DNA of 53,575 nucleotides, taken from positions 1-53,575 of the forward strand of contig CALVII010000002.1 of the NCBI GenBank assembly GCA_944329465.1. The letters run 5' to 3'. Shown piece after piece: positions 53,447 through 53,575 of this stretch (positions are counted from its first letter, which is position 1; each line of letters begins with the position of its first letter). The notes below the pieces were generated by a model that was not told the origin of the DNA, ran no database searches, and worked only from the letters and a program-made list of their open reading frames with translations. The translations under genes and the position numbers were made by a program. The DNA is from an uncultured Bacilli bacterium. GTDB lineage: Bacteria; Bacillota_I; Bacilli_A; RF39; UBA660.

Positions 53447-53489
53447 AAATAGTGGTATAACATAATTGTAAAAGAAAGAAGGAATGAAT

Positions 53490-53575
53490 ATGAGAATGTT
53501 ACCAAGAAGATTTGATTTAGATAGTATGTTTGACATTTTTACTCCAAGTGTTGATATGAAGTGTGACATCTATGA
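53490..53575 (+). CDS. Hsp20/alpha-crystallin family small heat-shock protein, N-terminal fragment (runs off the window)
   Basis: MRMLPRRFDLDSMFDIFTPSVDMKCDIYE resembles sHSP N-termini just before the alpha-crystallin domain (M.TDI.E). It lies behind a CIRCE promoter. Confidence 0.65.
   Translation, partial: MRMLPRRFDLDSMFDIFTPSVDMKCDIY

Noticed and set aside
1-53575. Search for CRISPR arrays, rRNA, prophage modules, IS elements with terminal inverted repeats, integrases and restriction-modification genes
   Set aside because: I found none. There are no regularly spaced direct repeats, no integrase, transposase (DDE) or terminase-like ORFs, and only one tRNA. The two Rpn genes are the only mobile-element-like content, and they lack element boundaries.

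Overview
This is a very AT-rich (by eye about 70% A+T) chromosomal segment from a low-GC Gram-positive spore former. The gene content suggests a Bacilli/Erysipelotrichales-like lineage: B. subtilis-type CotE next to miaB, a CotD-like coat protein, Cse60, a SpoVB/MurJ-type flippase and a DacB-type carboxypeptidase. This placement is inference only. The window is mostly housekeeping. It holds the ffh 3' part, a reduced sufC-sufD-sufS cluster, RNase J, miaB, rpsP plus a KH protein, yqeG-yqeH, feoB, mscL and clpC. It also holds glmS with its ribozyme, an alr / ATP-grasp ligase / asnB operon, pheST behind a Phe T-box, a lone tRNA-Cys, an LCP protein, gltX and the start of a CIRCE-controlled hsp20. 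I see no rRNA, CRISPR array, prophage, or IS element with terminal inverted repeats. No clear multi-gene novel system stands out. The candidates most worth follow-up are: (1) the alr / ATP-grasp / AsnB operon as a possible cell-wall side-chain synthesis and amidation module; (2) a partner-less HerA/DUF87-class ATPase inserted after yqeH; (3) an orphan 476-aa minus-strand ORF boxed in by hairpins; (4) a promoter-driven, structured ~170-nt leader in front of tRNA-Cys with flanking direct repeats; (5) a translationally coupled two-gene cassette of unknown function; (6) two diverged Rpn (PD-(D/E)XK) paralogs. All functional calls rest on motif recognition from the translated ORFs and on my recall of families. 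No database search was run.
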